Positions 52,181 through 64,000 of a stretch of 64,000 nt of DNA are shown here, piece after piece. The DNA comes from Mobula hypostoma. Its lineage: Eukaryota. The DNA is taken from assembly GCF_963921235.1 (NCBI RefSeq), contig NC_086108.1, positions 34,474,001 to 34,538,000 of the forward strand. Direction: 5' to 3'. Under the pieces are notes generated by a model that was not told where the DNA came from, did no database searches, and was given only the letters and a program-made list of their open reading frames with translations. Positions within the stretch are counted from its first letter, which is position 1. Each line of letters opens with the position of its first letter. The translations under genes were made by a program, and so were the position numbers.

Positions 52181-54164
52181 TGTTTGTAACAGTCGACTCT
52201 TCCCTGAGGGATAAATTGAGTTTGAGCCTCAGGCTCCTTCTGCTACCTCGCTACTTGAAATAAAAGTTGTATATTGTTTGTGCACTGCGGCCAGAGGGTG
52301 TAGAGAAACAACTTCCATGAAAATGCTTCATGGTCTGTGTATGTGCAATAGGTCTTGTCATGAGAGGGCAAAATGTGTAATAAAAAATCATAATCACTCT
52401 CTTTGTAAAAAGTTTGAAGGTTTAGTTTTGTGAGGTGCCTAAGCAAAGCTGTGTTTATTCAGGGTGATGTGTTGGAATTAAATCTCTTCCAGATATCAGT
52501 GTTATAGCTTATTTTGCTGAACGGCTAATTCATGTAGTAAAGCCCCGGATGGACTTCACTTTGTTGACTCATGTCCAGAAAGAGAGATTTTGCTCTATGT
52601 GGTACCTTGATCAAAGCTAAAGCAAACAATTAGAAAGATCAAGTTCCACTATAAAAACTGGTTTTGCTTAACTTGGTATTCAATACTCTTAAACTAAGAA
52701 TTTAAGCACTAGGTGAAGGTGTGGCTCAACTCCATCTTCCTGCCTGAATCCTCCCTTTAACTCATGACTTCCTGTTTTCCATCAATTTGATTGTATCTGC
52801 CTTCAACATATTCCAATGACTCAGCCTCCATAGTTCTCTCAGGTCATGATTAATCCAGACTTCATGGAACTTTCAAAACAAAGTATGGTGTGTATGCTTG
52901 TGGCAACTCTTACCAATTTTAAATACTGAAGTTCAAAGTAAATGGCTCCTTATTGTTGGCTCTAGATACAATGCAAATTGCCAGAAGAATTTTTTCTTTT
53001 TCTCTCTTTCACTGACCTCTGTGAGAGACAGAATGCATGTAATAGACCAGCAGAGGAAAAAAATTGGTTGCTTTTATAAATATCTCAGAATGGATTTCTT
53101 ATAGAATAAAATGGACTCTCGACACCACACTCTCCCTCATTGTGGCCTTACACATTACTGCCCGCATAACACTCTCTCTGTAACACTGTATTTTTCATTC
53201 TGTCACTGCTTTCCCCTTGTACTGTCTCTGTGTACTAATGTGATGAAATCATCTGTATGGATGGCATGAAAAACAAGATTCTCCTATACCTGTGACAATA
53301 ATGGATCAACTTAACAAATATCCCCCAAAAATTGTAATTCCTGAAACCTGTATTATTTCCATGTAGGAGGCTGTGCTTTATATTTAGCTATGCTCAGCTT
53401 GTACGTAGAAAGCTTAAATGTACAAAGCAATAGGTCTTGTCAAGAAAAGGTAAAAAGTGTAGTAAAAATGTAATCAATCTCTCGATCAAATGTAGCAAGG
53501 TTGAACTTTATGAAGAGTCAGAGTGAAGTGTATGAATTAAACCCCTTCCCAAGAGTTGATATAATTAGAATTTTCTGGAATGGGTAATACCGTGCTATTT
53601 CTGCAGGGGAAAAAAACACGGTTGAATATGACTTTGTCATCTCATGGCCAGATAGAGGACACAATTGCTATATGTGCTGTCTTGATCAAGGTTAAAGCTA
53701 ACAATTGGAAAATATTATTGTATTTTAGTGACAATCTCCATGATTTGATAGTTTCCTGAACCCCCTCTTTAGCTGTTCACCCATCTTCATTCACCCACCC
53801 ATAAAATATGTTAGCTGCAGTCTCATTTAGATCTCAGGATTTTTGATTAAAGTTTCTTTGTACCTCAGACCATAAACATTAAGAATCAGTCTGAAGCCAT
53901 TTGTGGTATATCTCTTCTTACTGTGTCCAGTCCTGATCTTGGCACTGCAAGTGTGCTGCGACTAGCGTACTGTGGCTTTTGATTGTTTGTACCCTCTGAT
54001 CTGGATTTGACTTGTGGTTATGTAGTTCAGCTATTTATTGCTTTATTTAGTTGGTGCTATCCATTAGCTAGTTTTGGGGGCTGGACAAGATCCTTTCACA
54101 CACATTCGTTTCTCAGTGGAGTTGAGATGATCATGTGTCTATTATTCAAAGACTTGCTAGTTAC

Positions 54165-56337
54165 AACAGGAGATAGGACAATGTTACAATAGTCACAGGG
54201 GATTTCAATATGCACACAGATTGGGAAAATCAGGTTGGTGCTGGATCCGAAGAGAGGGTATTTCTAGAATGCCTACAAGATGGCTTTTTAGGGCAGCTCA
54301 TGGTTAAGCCAACTAGGGGACCAGCTATTCTGGGTGGGTGCTGTGCAATGAACCAGAATTGATTAGAGAGTTTAAGGTAAAAGAACACTTAGGGGAATTG
54401 ATCATAATATGATAGAATTCACCCTGAAATTTGAGATGGAGAGGCTAAAGCCAGATATATCAGTACTACAGTGGAGTAAAAGGAATTTACAGAGGCATGA
54501 GAGAGGATTTGGCCAAATCTGATTGGAAAAGAACACTGGCAGGAATGATGGCAGAACAGCATTAGCTGGAATTTCTGGAAGCAATTTGGAAGGCATAGGA
54601 TATATACATACCAAAGAGGAAGAAGTATTCTAAAGGAAGGATGTCACAACCATGGCTAACAAGAGAATTCAAAGCCAACATAAAAGCCAGAGGGCATGTA
54701 ACAGAACAAAAACTAGTGAGAAGTTAGAGGATTGGAAAGCTTTTAAAAACCAACAGAAGGCAACTAAAAAGTTATTAAGAAGGAAAAGATGAAATACAGA
54801 AGTATAATAAAGAGGATACCACAAAAATTCTTCAGATACATAAAGTATAAAGGAGAGGGAAGAATATATATTGGACCGCTGAAAAACGATGCTGGAGAAG
54901 TAGTGATGAGAGACAAGGAAATGGCAGAAGGACTGAATAAGTACTTTACATCAGGCTTCACTGTGGAAGATATTAGTAGTACGGTGGAAGTTCCAGAGTG
55001 TCAGGGATCAAAAGTGTGTGACGTTTCCTTTACGAGGGAGAAGATTCTTGGGAAACTGAAATGTCGGAAGATGGATAAGACACCTGAACCAGATGGTGTA
55101 CACCCCAGGGTTCTGAAAGAGGTGGCTGAAGAGATTGTGGAGGCATTAGTAATGATCTTTCAAGAATCACTAGATTCTGGAATGGTTCTAGAAGACTGGA
55201 AAATTGCAAATGGCACTCCACTCTTCAAGAAGGGAGAGAGGCAGAAGAAAGGAATTCATAGGCCAGATAATTGGGAGGATGTTGGAGTTGATTGTTAAGG
55301 ATGTGGTTTTGGGATACTTGGGGGCACATGATAAAATAGGCATAGACAGCATGGTTTCCTCAAGGGAAAGTTTTGCCTGACAAATCTGTTGGAATTGTTT
55401 GAAGAAATTACAAGCAGGTGAGACAAAAAAAAGTACTGTTGGATGTTGTGTCCTTGGATTTTCAGAATGCCTTTGATAAAGTGCCGCACATGAGGCTGCT
55501 TAACAGGTGAAGAGGCCATGGTATGACAGGAAAGATGCTAGCATAGATAGAGATTTGGCTGATTGGCAGGAGGCAAAGAGTGGGAATAAAGGGTGCCTTT
55601 TCTGGTTGGCTGCCTGTTGGCAGGGGTTTGTGTTGGGACTGCTTTTTATGTTACATGTCAATAATTTGGATGATGCTATTGATGGCTTTGTTGAAAAGTT
55701 TGTGGACAATATGAAGATAAGTGGAGGGGAAGGTAGTTTTGCGGAAGTAAAGAGGTGCAGAAGGCCTTAAACATATTAGGAGAATGGGCAAAGATGTGGC
55801 AGATGGAATACAATGTCAGGAAGTGTATGGTCATGCACTTAGATAGAAGAAATAAAAGGGTAGACTATTTTCTAAATGGAGAGAAAATTCAAACATCTGA
55901 AGTCCAAAGGGATTTGGGAGTCCTTGTGCAGGATTCCCTAAAGGTTGAGTTACTGACGAGGAAGGCAAATGTGATATTAGCATTTATTTCAAGAGGACTA
56001 GAATATAAAACAAGGATGTAATATTGAGGCTTTATAAAGCACTGGTGAAGCCTCACTTGGAGTATTGTGAACAATTTGGGGCCCTTTATCTTAGAAAGGA
56101 TGTGCTGACAGTGGAGAGGGTTCAAAGGAGGTTCACGAAAATGATTCCAGGATGGAATAGCTTGTCATATGAAGAGTGTTTGATGGCTCTGGGCCTGTAT
56201 TCATAGAATTCAGAAGAATGAGGGGTGACCTAATTGAAACCTATAGAATGTTGAAAGGTCTCAATAGAGTGGATTTGGAGAGGATATTTCCTGTGTTGGG
56301 AGAGTCTGGGCCCAGAGGACACATCCTCAGAACAGGG
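54165..56337 (+). mobile_element. CR1 LINE ORF2 fragment (end of endonuclease through RT), pseudogenised
   Basis: GDFN-like ggggatttcaat, [50 protein letters not shown]; multiple stops. Confidence 0.92.
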
Positions 56338-56341
56338 GAGA

Positions 56342-58230
56342 AAATGTGATCTGACCAATGCCTTATAAAGTCTCAGCATTACATCCTAGCTTTTATATTC
56401 TAGTCCTCTCAAAATGAACACTAACATTGTACTTGACTTCACTACTATTGACTCAGCCTGCAAGATACCCTTTAGAGAATCCTGCACAAGGGCTCCCAAG
56501 TCCCTTTGCAAGTCTGATTCCTGAACTTGCTCTCAATTTAGAAAATAATCTAAGGATTTTTTTCCCTTCTACAAGGTGGATGACATATACTTGCCTGCAC
56601 TGTATTCCATCTGCCACTTTTGCCCATTCTCCTAATCTGTCCAAGTCCTTCTGCAGATGACCTGCTTTCTCGACAATATCTGTCCCTCCACCTATCTTTT
56701 CATAATCCGTAAACTTGGCCATAAAGCCATCAATTCCATCGTTTAGATCATTGACATATAACATGAAAAGATGTGGTCTCAACACTGACTGAACCCTGAC
56801 CACCAGTCACCAGCAGTCAACCAGAAAAGGCCCCCTTTATTCTCACTCTTTATCTTCTTCCAGTCAGCCTCTCTTCTATCCATGTTGGTATTTTCCCTGT
56901 AATACCTTGGGCTCTTATCTTGTTTAATTGTATTGACTTTATTACTTAGCTCCTTCATATACATGAGGAGTAAAAATCTTTGTTACCTCTCCGTCTAAAT
57001 GTGCAATGTGCAATTATAATAATTTATAATAAATATGTATAGCATAGAAATACAGTTGTGTCAGCATCAATTAAGCATCCTGATGACCTTGTGGAAGAAG
57101 CTGTCCTGGAGCCTGTTGGTCCTGGCTTTTATGCTGCGGTACTATTTCCCGGATGGTAGCAGCTGGAACAGTTTGTGGTTGGGGTGTCTCGGGTTCCCAA
57201 TGATCCTTCAGGCCCTTTTTACACACCTGTCTTTGTAAATGTCCTGAATAGTGGAAAGTTCACATCTACAGATGTGCTGGGCTGTTTGTATCACTCTTTG
57301 CAGAGTCCTGCGATTGAGGGAAGTACAGTTCCCATACCAGGTAGTAATGCAGTCAGTCAGGATGCACTCAATCATGCCCCTAGAGAAAGTTCTTAGAATT
57401 GGGGGGGCCATACCAAACTTCTTCAGCCACCTTGAGGTGAAAGAGGTGCTGTCGTGCCTTTTTCACCACACAGCCGGTACGTACGGACCACGTGAAATCC
57501 TCGGTAATGTTTATGCTGAGGAACTTAAAGCCATTCACCCTCTCAACCCCAGATCCATTGATGTCTATAGGGGTTCATTCCAGCTGTAATCCTCAACTAG
57601 TTCCTTTGTTTTTACGACGTTGTGGGAGAGGTTGTTTTCTTGACACCACTGCGTCAGGGTGATGACTTCCTCTCTGTAGGCTACCTCATGTGTGGCATCC
57701 TGAAGGCCTTCTGAAGGCCACATAAGCCTTCTGAAAATCCAAGTAAACAACATCCACTGACTCTCCTTTGTCTATCCTGCCTGTTATTTCATCAAAGAAC
57801 TCCAACATCAAAGAACTCCAACAGCTGGAAACCATGTTGACTTTGATTTTATTGTGTGCTCCAAGTACTCTGAAATCTCATCCTCAGTGATGTACTCCAA
57901 CATCTTCCCAATCACTGAAGTCAGGCTAACTAGCCTAAAATTTCCTGTTTTTTCTCCCTTTCCCTTTAAAGAATGGCGTAACATTTGTGATTTTCCAGTC
58001 CTCCAGAACCCTTCCAGAATCTAGCTATTCTTGAAAGACCGTTACTAATGCCTTCACAATCTCTTCAGCTACCTCTTTCAGAACCCTGGGGTGTAGTCCA
58101 TCTGGTCCAGGTGACTCATCTGTCTTCAGACCTTTCAGCTTCCCAAGCACTTTATCCTTTGTAATTGCAACTGCACTCATATCTGCCCCCTGACACTCCC
58201 AAATTTCCTGCATACTGCTAGTGTCTTCAT
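56342..58230 (-). mobile_element. CR1 LINE fragment, inverted relative to 54165-56337 and split by a Rex1 insertion
   Basis: Minus ORFs [23 protein letters not shown] and LFMLYVNDLNDGIDGFMAKFTD...LQKDLDRLGEWAK. Confidence 0.9.
56923..57688 (-). mobile_element. Rex1/Babar LINE 3' fragment nested in CR1
   Basis: EVAYREEVITLTQWCQENNLSHNVVKTKELV and ILRTFSRGMIECILTDCITTWYGNCTSLNRRTLQRV. Confidence 0.9.
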
Positions 58231-58249
58231 TCAGTTATTCAATGGAGAG

Positions 58250-58715
58250 TGGCTGCCTTTGACACTGAGACAGTTTTGAATGAACGTGACATTAAAACTG
58301 AAGCCAAAGATGGAAAGCTCCAGAGGGTGGAGAAGTACCTCGCACAAGGAAATTGGTTATAGTTATTGAAAGTCAATCATCCCATCACTGCAGGATTTTC
58401 TCAGAGGAGTGTCCTAGGCCCAGTTATCTTCAGCAGCTTTATTAATGACCTGCTGTCGGAAGTTCAGAAGTGGCGATTTTGGTGAGTGATTAAGCAAACG
58501 TAAAAGTTTGTAATGCAGCAAAATTTAAGCAATATCCTAGCAAGGACTGATGAGCAGAAAGTAACATCTGTGCCGTAAAAGTGCCATGAATAACTATCAC
58601 CATTAAAAGAGAGATTAACTACCTGCTCTTTCCCCATTCAATGCCATTATGATTACTAAATTGCTTATTTTAAATACTCCAGGGTTACCATTAGCCAGGA
58701 ACTCTGTTGGATTTC
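58250..58715 (+). mobile_element. Old CR1/L2-type RT fragment
   Basis: ggagtgtcctaggcccagttatcttcagcagctttattaatgacctg encodes SVLGPVIFSSFINDL. Confidence 0.65.
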
Positions 58716-59091
58716 TTACTACTTTATTGGATCAGCTGCACAAAACTGTGTGAATAGTTATTGGGTTCCTTTTTCTCACCTGCTCCTGTTGTCCTCTTGG
58801 AATGTGTTCCCAATTAACATCAAACAAAAAAAGCCTAACATTTATTCCTCTTCTTGATCGTTGGCAATTATATTTTATCTATGCCTTCCTCTCTATTGGA
58901 AATAATAGCTCCTTGTTTATCAAAACACTGCACGGTTTTTAATGTGTATGTAGATTTGTCTTACAACTTTTGCCTCTGTTTTCCCAGCAGACTGAAGTCC
59001 AGTGTTACTGAAACTATTCCATTCAAATCTGCTCTGCGAGCTAAACTGTTAATCTTTTGAATGAAGATATGCCTTTTCCCATTCTTTACTG

Positions 59092-59883
59092 CAGCGGTCC
59101 CCAACCACCGGGCCGCAGAACATGTGCTACCGGGCCGAGAGGAAACGATATGAGTCAGCTGCACCTTTCCTTATTCCCTGTCACGCACTGTTGAACTTGA
59201 ACATAGGGTTGCCAACTGTCCCGTATTTGCCGGGACATACTGTATATTGGGCTAAATTGGTTTGTCCCGTAAGGGACCATATTTCCCTCACAAAGGTAGA
59301 CCATTCCTATGAAACCTTTCATGCCAAAATGGCTTAAAGCGAAGAAGCAATTACCATTAATTTATATGGGAAAAATTTTTGAGCGTACCTAGACACAAAA
59401 AATAGCCTACCAAATCATACCAAGTAACACATAAAACCTAAAATAACACTAACATATAGTAAAAGCAGGAATTATATGATATATACACAGCCTATATAAA
59501 GTAGAAATAATGTATGTACAGTATAGTTGGGAAGATTAAGCCAAAACCGATTTATGGAAAAAAATCGGCACGTACGCACATGCGCACATCACATATGTGC
59601 ACGTATGTGCATGCGCACACAGGTGCCCGCGCAAGGCTTCATGGTCATGGTAGTCTTTCTCGGGGTAAACACAAGTGTCCCGTATTTGACTGCTACTTTT
59701 GTCCCTTATTTGGGAGTGAGAAATTTGGCAACCCTAACTGTAAAAGACATGTTGAGGTGAGTTTAACCCTACTTGAACACCACCCCTCCCCCACCCCCCA
59801 CCCCCCACCACCGGTTGGCCGGTCTGCAAGAATATTGTCAATATTAAACCAGTCTGCGGTGCAAAAAAGGTTGAGGACCCCCG
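59092..59883. mobile_element. Non-autonomous hAT (Charlie-like) element with perfect 8-bp TSD
   Basis: TIRs cagcggtccccaacc / ggttgaggacccccg; TSD CTTTACTG at 59084-59091 and 59884-59891. Confidence 0.92.
59204..59771. mobile_element. Nested hAT (Blackjack-like) element
   Basis: Starts tagggttgccaa and ends aacccta; TSD CTTGAACA at 59196-59203 and 59772-59779. Confidence 0.85.
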
Positions 59884-60654
59884 CTTTACTGGGCTCTCAA
59901 ACAATCTAAATAGTGCAAATTTCATAGGATCCAGGATGTCTTGGCACAGTAGCCTTTTAGTGCTAATAATGGACTTGTGAACTAAGGATTGAGAGTTCAA
60001 ATCCCATATTGGAAAGTTTGAAATTAATTAAAACCCTGTGATTTGTGAGCTGGCTTGTCAGATCCAGACAAAGGTGCAACCACTTCATTCCTCTATCTTA
60101 GCCTGGTTGGAATACATAAAATTCCATTTGATTTATAGTGCCCCTCAGGGTATTATCAATCAAATGGAATTTTCTGAATGTGGTTTTGTCCATGTTCTGG
60201 AAACATTATATAACCTCACTAAATCAGCATCCATTGTTCAAGAGGCCATGGGATTCTCTGAATTCGTCACAGATTAAAACAGATCTGTCTTGCAGAAATG
60301 TCATTAGCAAATGTAAACAGCCTTTTATTCCTCTATGCAGCTTTATGCAGTGTCAGCATTCAGTCTCCTTTCTTCTCGGTTTAACGTGTGGAATAGAGCT
60401 GTGGTCCCTCAGGGTTTGGAGGCAGGCACGAGAATGGAGATGGCAAGTTGGAGACATTTGCACTTTGCAGCAATGTACAAGATAAATAAGTGATGCTGCA
60501 GAGATAGTGGGAAAGATACATGGGAAAGGGAAAAAGAGCTGCAGAGTGCCTTTATAAAATATGACCTTAATCCCACTTGTTGCTGTTTTTGCTGCTATGT
60601 CTAAAGCAAATAGTAGTAAAACAAGATGAAAATCGAGTTAATGGAGTCCAGTCA

Positions 60655-60820
60655 CAAACAAGAGAAAATCTGCGGATGCTGGAAATCCAAGCAACTCACA
60701 CAAAATGCTGGAGGATCTCAGTAGGTCAGGCAGCATCAATGGAAAAGAATACAGTCGACGTTTTGGGCCGAGACCTTCCATCAGGACTGGAAAAAATGAT
60801 GAGGAGTTAGAGTAAGAAAG
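60655..60820 (-). mobile_element. Penelope-like 3' tail
   Basis: acagtcgacgttttgggccgagaccttccatcaggactgg. Confidence 0.8.
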
Positions 60821-61504
60821 TTAATGTAGTGTCGTGTTTGGTCCAAGTGTGGGACTGCTGTTGAACATGAGCACAAAAACATCTTAAGATCTCCATTGGC
60901 TGTGAGATTCTTCTAATTGCAGCATGGGCTGTACATCAAGCCAAACCTTCAGTAATGAAGGTAAAATTTGATGGCTCTTTTTACAGCACAAATTCAGAAA
61001 AAAGTAATTGACTAAGTGATCGGATGGTTAACACTTCATCTGATTTTGGATCAGTTACCGAGTTAAAGCAGAAATGAAGCATGAAACTGTTGTGCTGTTG
61101 CTTCAGCATCAGATGAGGCGTCCTGACAGAGGAAGACAGGCAGATTACCCTTTGTACAATTGCTAAACTCAGTTTTGTTTCTTCCACTCCTCACGCCCAG
61201 ACACTTCGTTGCTAGTTCCTTCTAGTTGGCTCCAGGATTCCCCATTGCAGTCTTCCTTCAATGGGTGTTTAATCACTCATTATTTATAATTATTCTTGCT
61301 TCTGAGGTAATACTTGCACCTTTACCCATTCTTTTATCACCCATATTAGCATTGCACGATTGTCCTTTTTGCAAATCAGTCACCCTGTGGGTCTACCCAG
61401 TGCATCGGAGCCAGGAAAGTCACCTTTGCTGTATCTTCAAAGATTAACACCTGCTCTGAAACAAAGCACCATTTTGCTGAAACAATTGACACCTTCATTA
61501 TGAG

Positions 61505-62550
61505 CAATGCACACAACATGCTGGAGGAGCTCAGCAGGTCAGGCAGTATCTATGAAGGGAAGTAAACGGTCGACGTTTCAGGCCAAGATCCTTCATTGGA
61601 CTGGAAGGGAAGGGGGAAGAAGTCAAAATAAGAAGGTGTGGGGGTGGGGGGGAGGAAATACAAGATGGCAGGTGATAGGTGAAACCAGGAAAGGGGGAGT
61701 GGGGGTGAAGTAAAGAGCTGGAAAGTTGATTGGTGCAAGAGATAAAAGGCTGGAGAAGGGGGATCTGATAGGAGATGACGGAAGACCACGGAAGAAAGGG
61801 AAGGGGGAGGAGCACCAGACGGAGGCGATGGGCAGGTAAGGAGATGAGGGAGAGAGGGAAACAAGAATGAGGAATGGTGAAGGAGAGGTGGGGGGGGGTG
61901 AATTATCAGAAGCTTGAGAAATCGATGTTCATGCCATCAGGTTGGAGGCTACCCAGATGGAATATAAGGTGTTGCTCCTCCAACGTGACTGTAGCCTCAT
62001 TGTGGCAGTAGAGGAGGCCATGGACTGACATGACAGAGTGGGAATGTGTGGCCACTGGGAAATCCCGCTTTTTGTGGTGGATGGAGCAAAGGTGTTCAAT
62101 GAAGCAGTATCCCAATCTATGTTGGGGCTCACCAATATACAGCAGGCCACACCAGGAGCACTGGATAAAATAGAAGGCACCAACAGACTCGCAGGTGAAA
62201 TGTCACCTAACCTGGAAGGACTATTTGGGGCCCTGAATGGCAGTGAGGGAAGAGGTATAGGAGCAGGTGTGGCACTTGTTCCATTTGCAAGATAAGTGCC
62301 AGGAGAGAGATTAGTGGGGAGGGACGAATGGACAAGGGAGTCGCGTAGGAAGAGATCCCTGCGTAAAGCAGAAAGTGGGAGGGGTGGGGAAAATGTGCTT
62401 GGTGGTGGGATCCTGTTGGAAATGGCGGAAATTATGGAGAATTTGTTCTGAACATAGAGGCTTCTGGGGTGGTAGGTGAGGACAAGAGGAACCCTATTCC
62501 TGGTGTGGCAGCGGGAGGATACAGTGAGGGCAGATGTGTGCGAAATGGCA
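61505..62550 (-). mobile_element. Penelope-like retroelement (Neptune-type) 3' part with GIY-YIG endonuclease, frameshifted
   Basis: RVPLVLTYHP, LRDSLVHSSL, FTCES...YFIQCSWCGLLYIGE...RLGYCFIEHL, LEEQHLIFHLGSLQPDGMNIDFS, then a pyrimidine-rich UTR and tail. Confidence 0.92.
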
Positions 62551-62674
62551 CGCATATTATCATTTTACCCATCTTTTGCTACTACTTCTGTCGCCACCTG
62601 TTATTTTATACCATCTTATTTGCATACCTGTCCTTCGTACTCCTACCCACATTGCCATTTCCATAACACCCTCA

Positions 62675-63110
62675 GACAAAGGAACAGAAACAGGTCATTT
62701 GGCTCTTGGAGTCTGCTCTGCCATTCTGTCATGGCTGATTTATTTTCCCCCTCAGCCCCATTCTTCTTCCCATAACCTTTGATGTCCTCACTAACCAAGA
62801 ACCTATCAACCAACACTCGAAATATACCTAATGAGTTGGCCCCCATAGCCATCTGTGGCAATGAATTCCCAAGGTTCACCACCCTATGGCAAAGGAAATT
62901 CCTCCTCATCTCGTTCTAAAAGGATGTCCATCTATTCTGAGGCTGTTGCCTCTGGTTCTAGATTCACACGCTCTAGGAAACATCCTCTCCACATCCACTC
63001 TATCTGGCCTTTGAATATTCATTTGGTTTCAATGCGAATCCTACCCCGCCCCCCCGTTTTTTTAAACTCCAGAGAGTATAAACCCAGAGCCATGAAATGT
63101 CCCTCATATG
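62675..63110 (-). mobile_element. CR1 LINE 3' fragment
   Basis: YEGHFMALGLYSLEFKK and MRRNFLCHRVVNLGNSLPQMAMGANSLGIFR on the minus strand. Confidence 0.85.
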
Positions 63111-63349
63111 TTTCTCGCTTCCTGAATTTCCTTGTCTCTGTTACTAACAATCTGACAGCTCCAGCTGATGAGTTGAAAATATTATTTCTTTTTATCTGTT
63201 TCTTTCTCTGTAGGTACCGCCTGACTTGCTGAACATTCCCAGTGATTCTAGTTTTCATTTTAATTTACAGCAAGCAAATTTTGGTTTCTGAATGCAACCC
63301 TCTTTCTGTGCTCATATAGAGACTTGGCTCATTAGTTAACTCTGCTAAC

Positions 63350-63363
63350 AGTCACGTGACTCA
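63350..63363. promoter_or_regulatory. 12-bp palindrome AGTCACGTGACT (USF/MiT-TFE E-box, CLEAR-like) overlapping AP-1 TGACTCA
   Basis: Exact motif matches at the left edge of a CpG-rich segment; function untested. Confidence 0.35.
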
Positions 63364-64000
63364 ACCGTCTTTCGTAAACGATATACGACTAGGGTCGGCA
63401 CGACTTAGGGTTCAACCAAGCAGGAAAGTCGTGATGTTCCGATTAAAGGAACCTCAATTTGAGCGAGTGCTGTGTAAATACTGCCCATACGCAGTTATCG
63501 GTAGCCCAGAAACTATGGGCTCATTACGTGGACGAGGCCAGCATTAAATGCTCATCCCCTTGTATCTGTAATTAATTATTCAGTCTCAGTGCTGAGCAGC
63601 ACGTAAATAATTGCTGTATTTTTAAAATGTTTCCAAAAGCTATTAGGCATGCTCAAAACTCTACACATTATCCTGAGAGGAAATGCACATAGGTTGCAGA
63701 ACAATTACAAAATATTACAACTTTGCACATGATTGCTTCGGGGAAGGTGAGGCAAAGTCATCCACTTGATCACGGGTAATTTGCTGGATTTGGTTGTGTG
63801 TTGCGGAGTTGTGTGGAGCTTGGAGACAGTGAACAACTCAGCGCATACATTGAAAGCTTTAAACTCTAAATAGTCTTTGCAGTGAGTGCTTGTACTGTTG
63901 TACTTGAAAACAACACTGGGGCAATCATCGCCTGGTTTTATGAGAGAGTGGGCAGTTTTAAGATGGGCAGCGTCACTGGTGCTCTATCTCCACACGTTCA

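Noticed and set aside
57790..57822. 16-bp tandem duplication catcaaagaactccaa
   Set aside because: Ordinary slippage duplication within a dead CR1; a similar one lies at ~32434-32471.
58988..59060. Terminal exon after tgttttcccag
   Set aside because: Acceptor-like site only; the short peptide is unrecognised and no upstream exons were found.
60138..60485. ORFs of 79-115 aa as exons
   Set aside because: No recognisable protein, no convincing splice pair, and lengths are compatible with chance.
63385..63415. Telomerase RNA template or telomeric repeat (ctagggt, ttagggtt)
   Set aside because: Only single partial units; no CTAACCCTAA template, pseudoknot or H/ACA domain that I could identify.

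Overview
Vertebrate, CpG-depleted, repeat-rich non-coding DNA (intron or intergenic). The repeat mix (CR1 LINEs, HE1/V-SINE-like SINEs, Rex1/Babar LINE tails, Penelope-like tails) points to a cartilaginous fish, probably a ray or shark; this is inference. I could not support any host protein-coding exon, rRNA, genuine tRNA or CRISPR array. All recognisable ORFs are decayed transposon proteins: CR1 and Rex1 reverse transcriptases, Gypsy gag/protease/RT, Tc1 transposase, Penelope GIY-YIG endonuclease and a probable Harbinger Myb/SANT protein. Several insertions can be delimited by terminal repeats and target-site duplications (TSDs), including nested ones. The stretches these repeats do not explain are: a CpG-rich multi-hairpin segment at ~63.35-63.55 kb, a miR-16-like sequence just downstream of it, a ~270 bp fold-back at 36.1 kb, and a diverged duplicate pair at 52.3/53.4 kb with traces of former coding. 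About ten minimal hammerhead-ribozyme-like motifs also sit in the Penelope tails. None of these is shown to be a new biological system. Boundaries are approximate unless a TIR or TSD is quoted, and family names come from my recognition of motifs, not from database searches.
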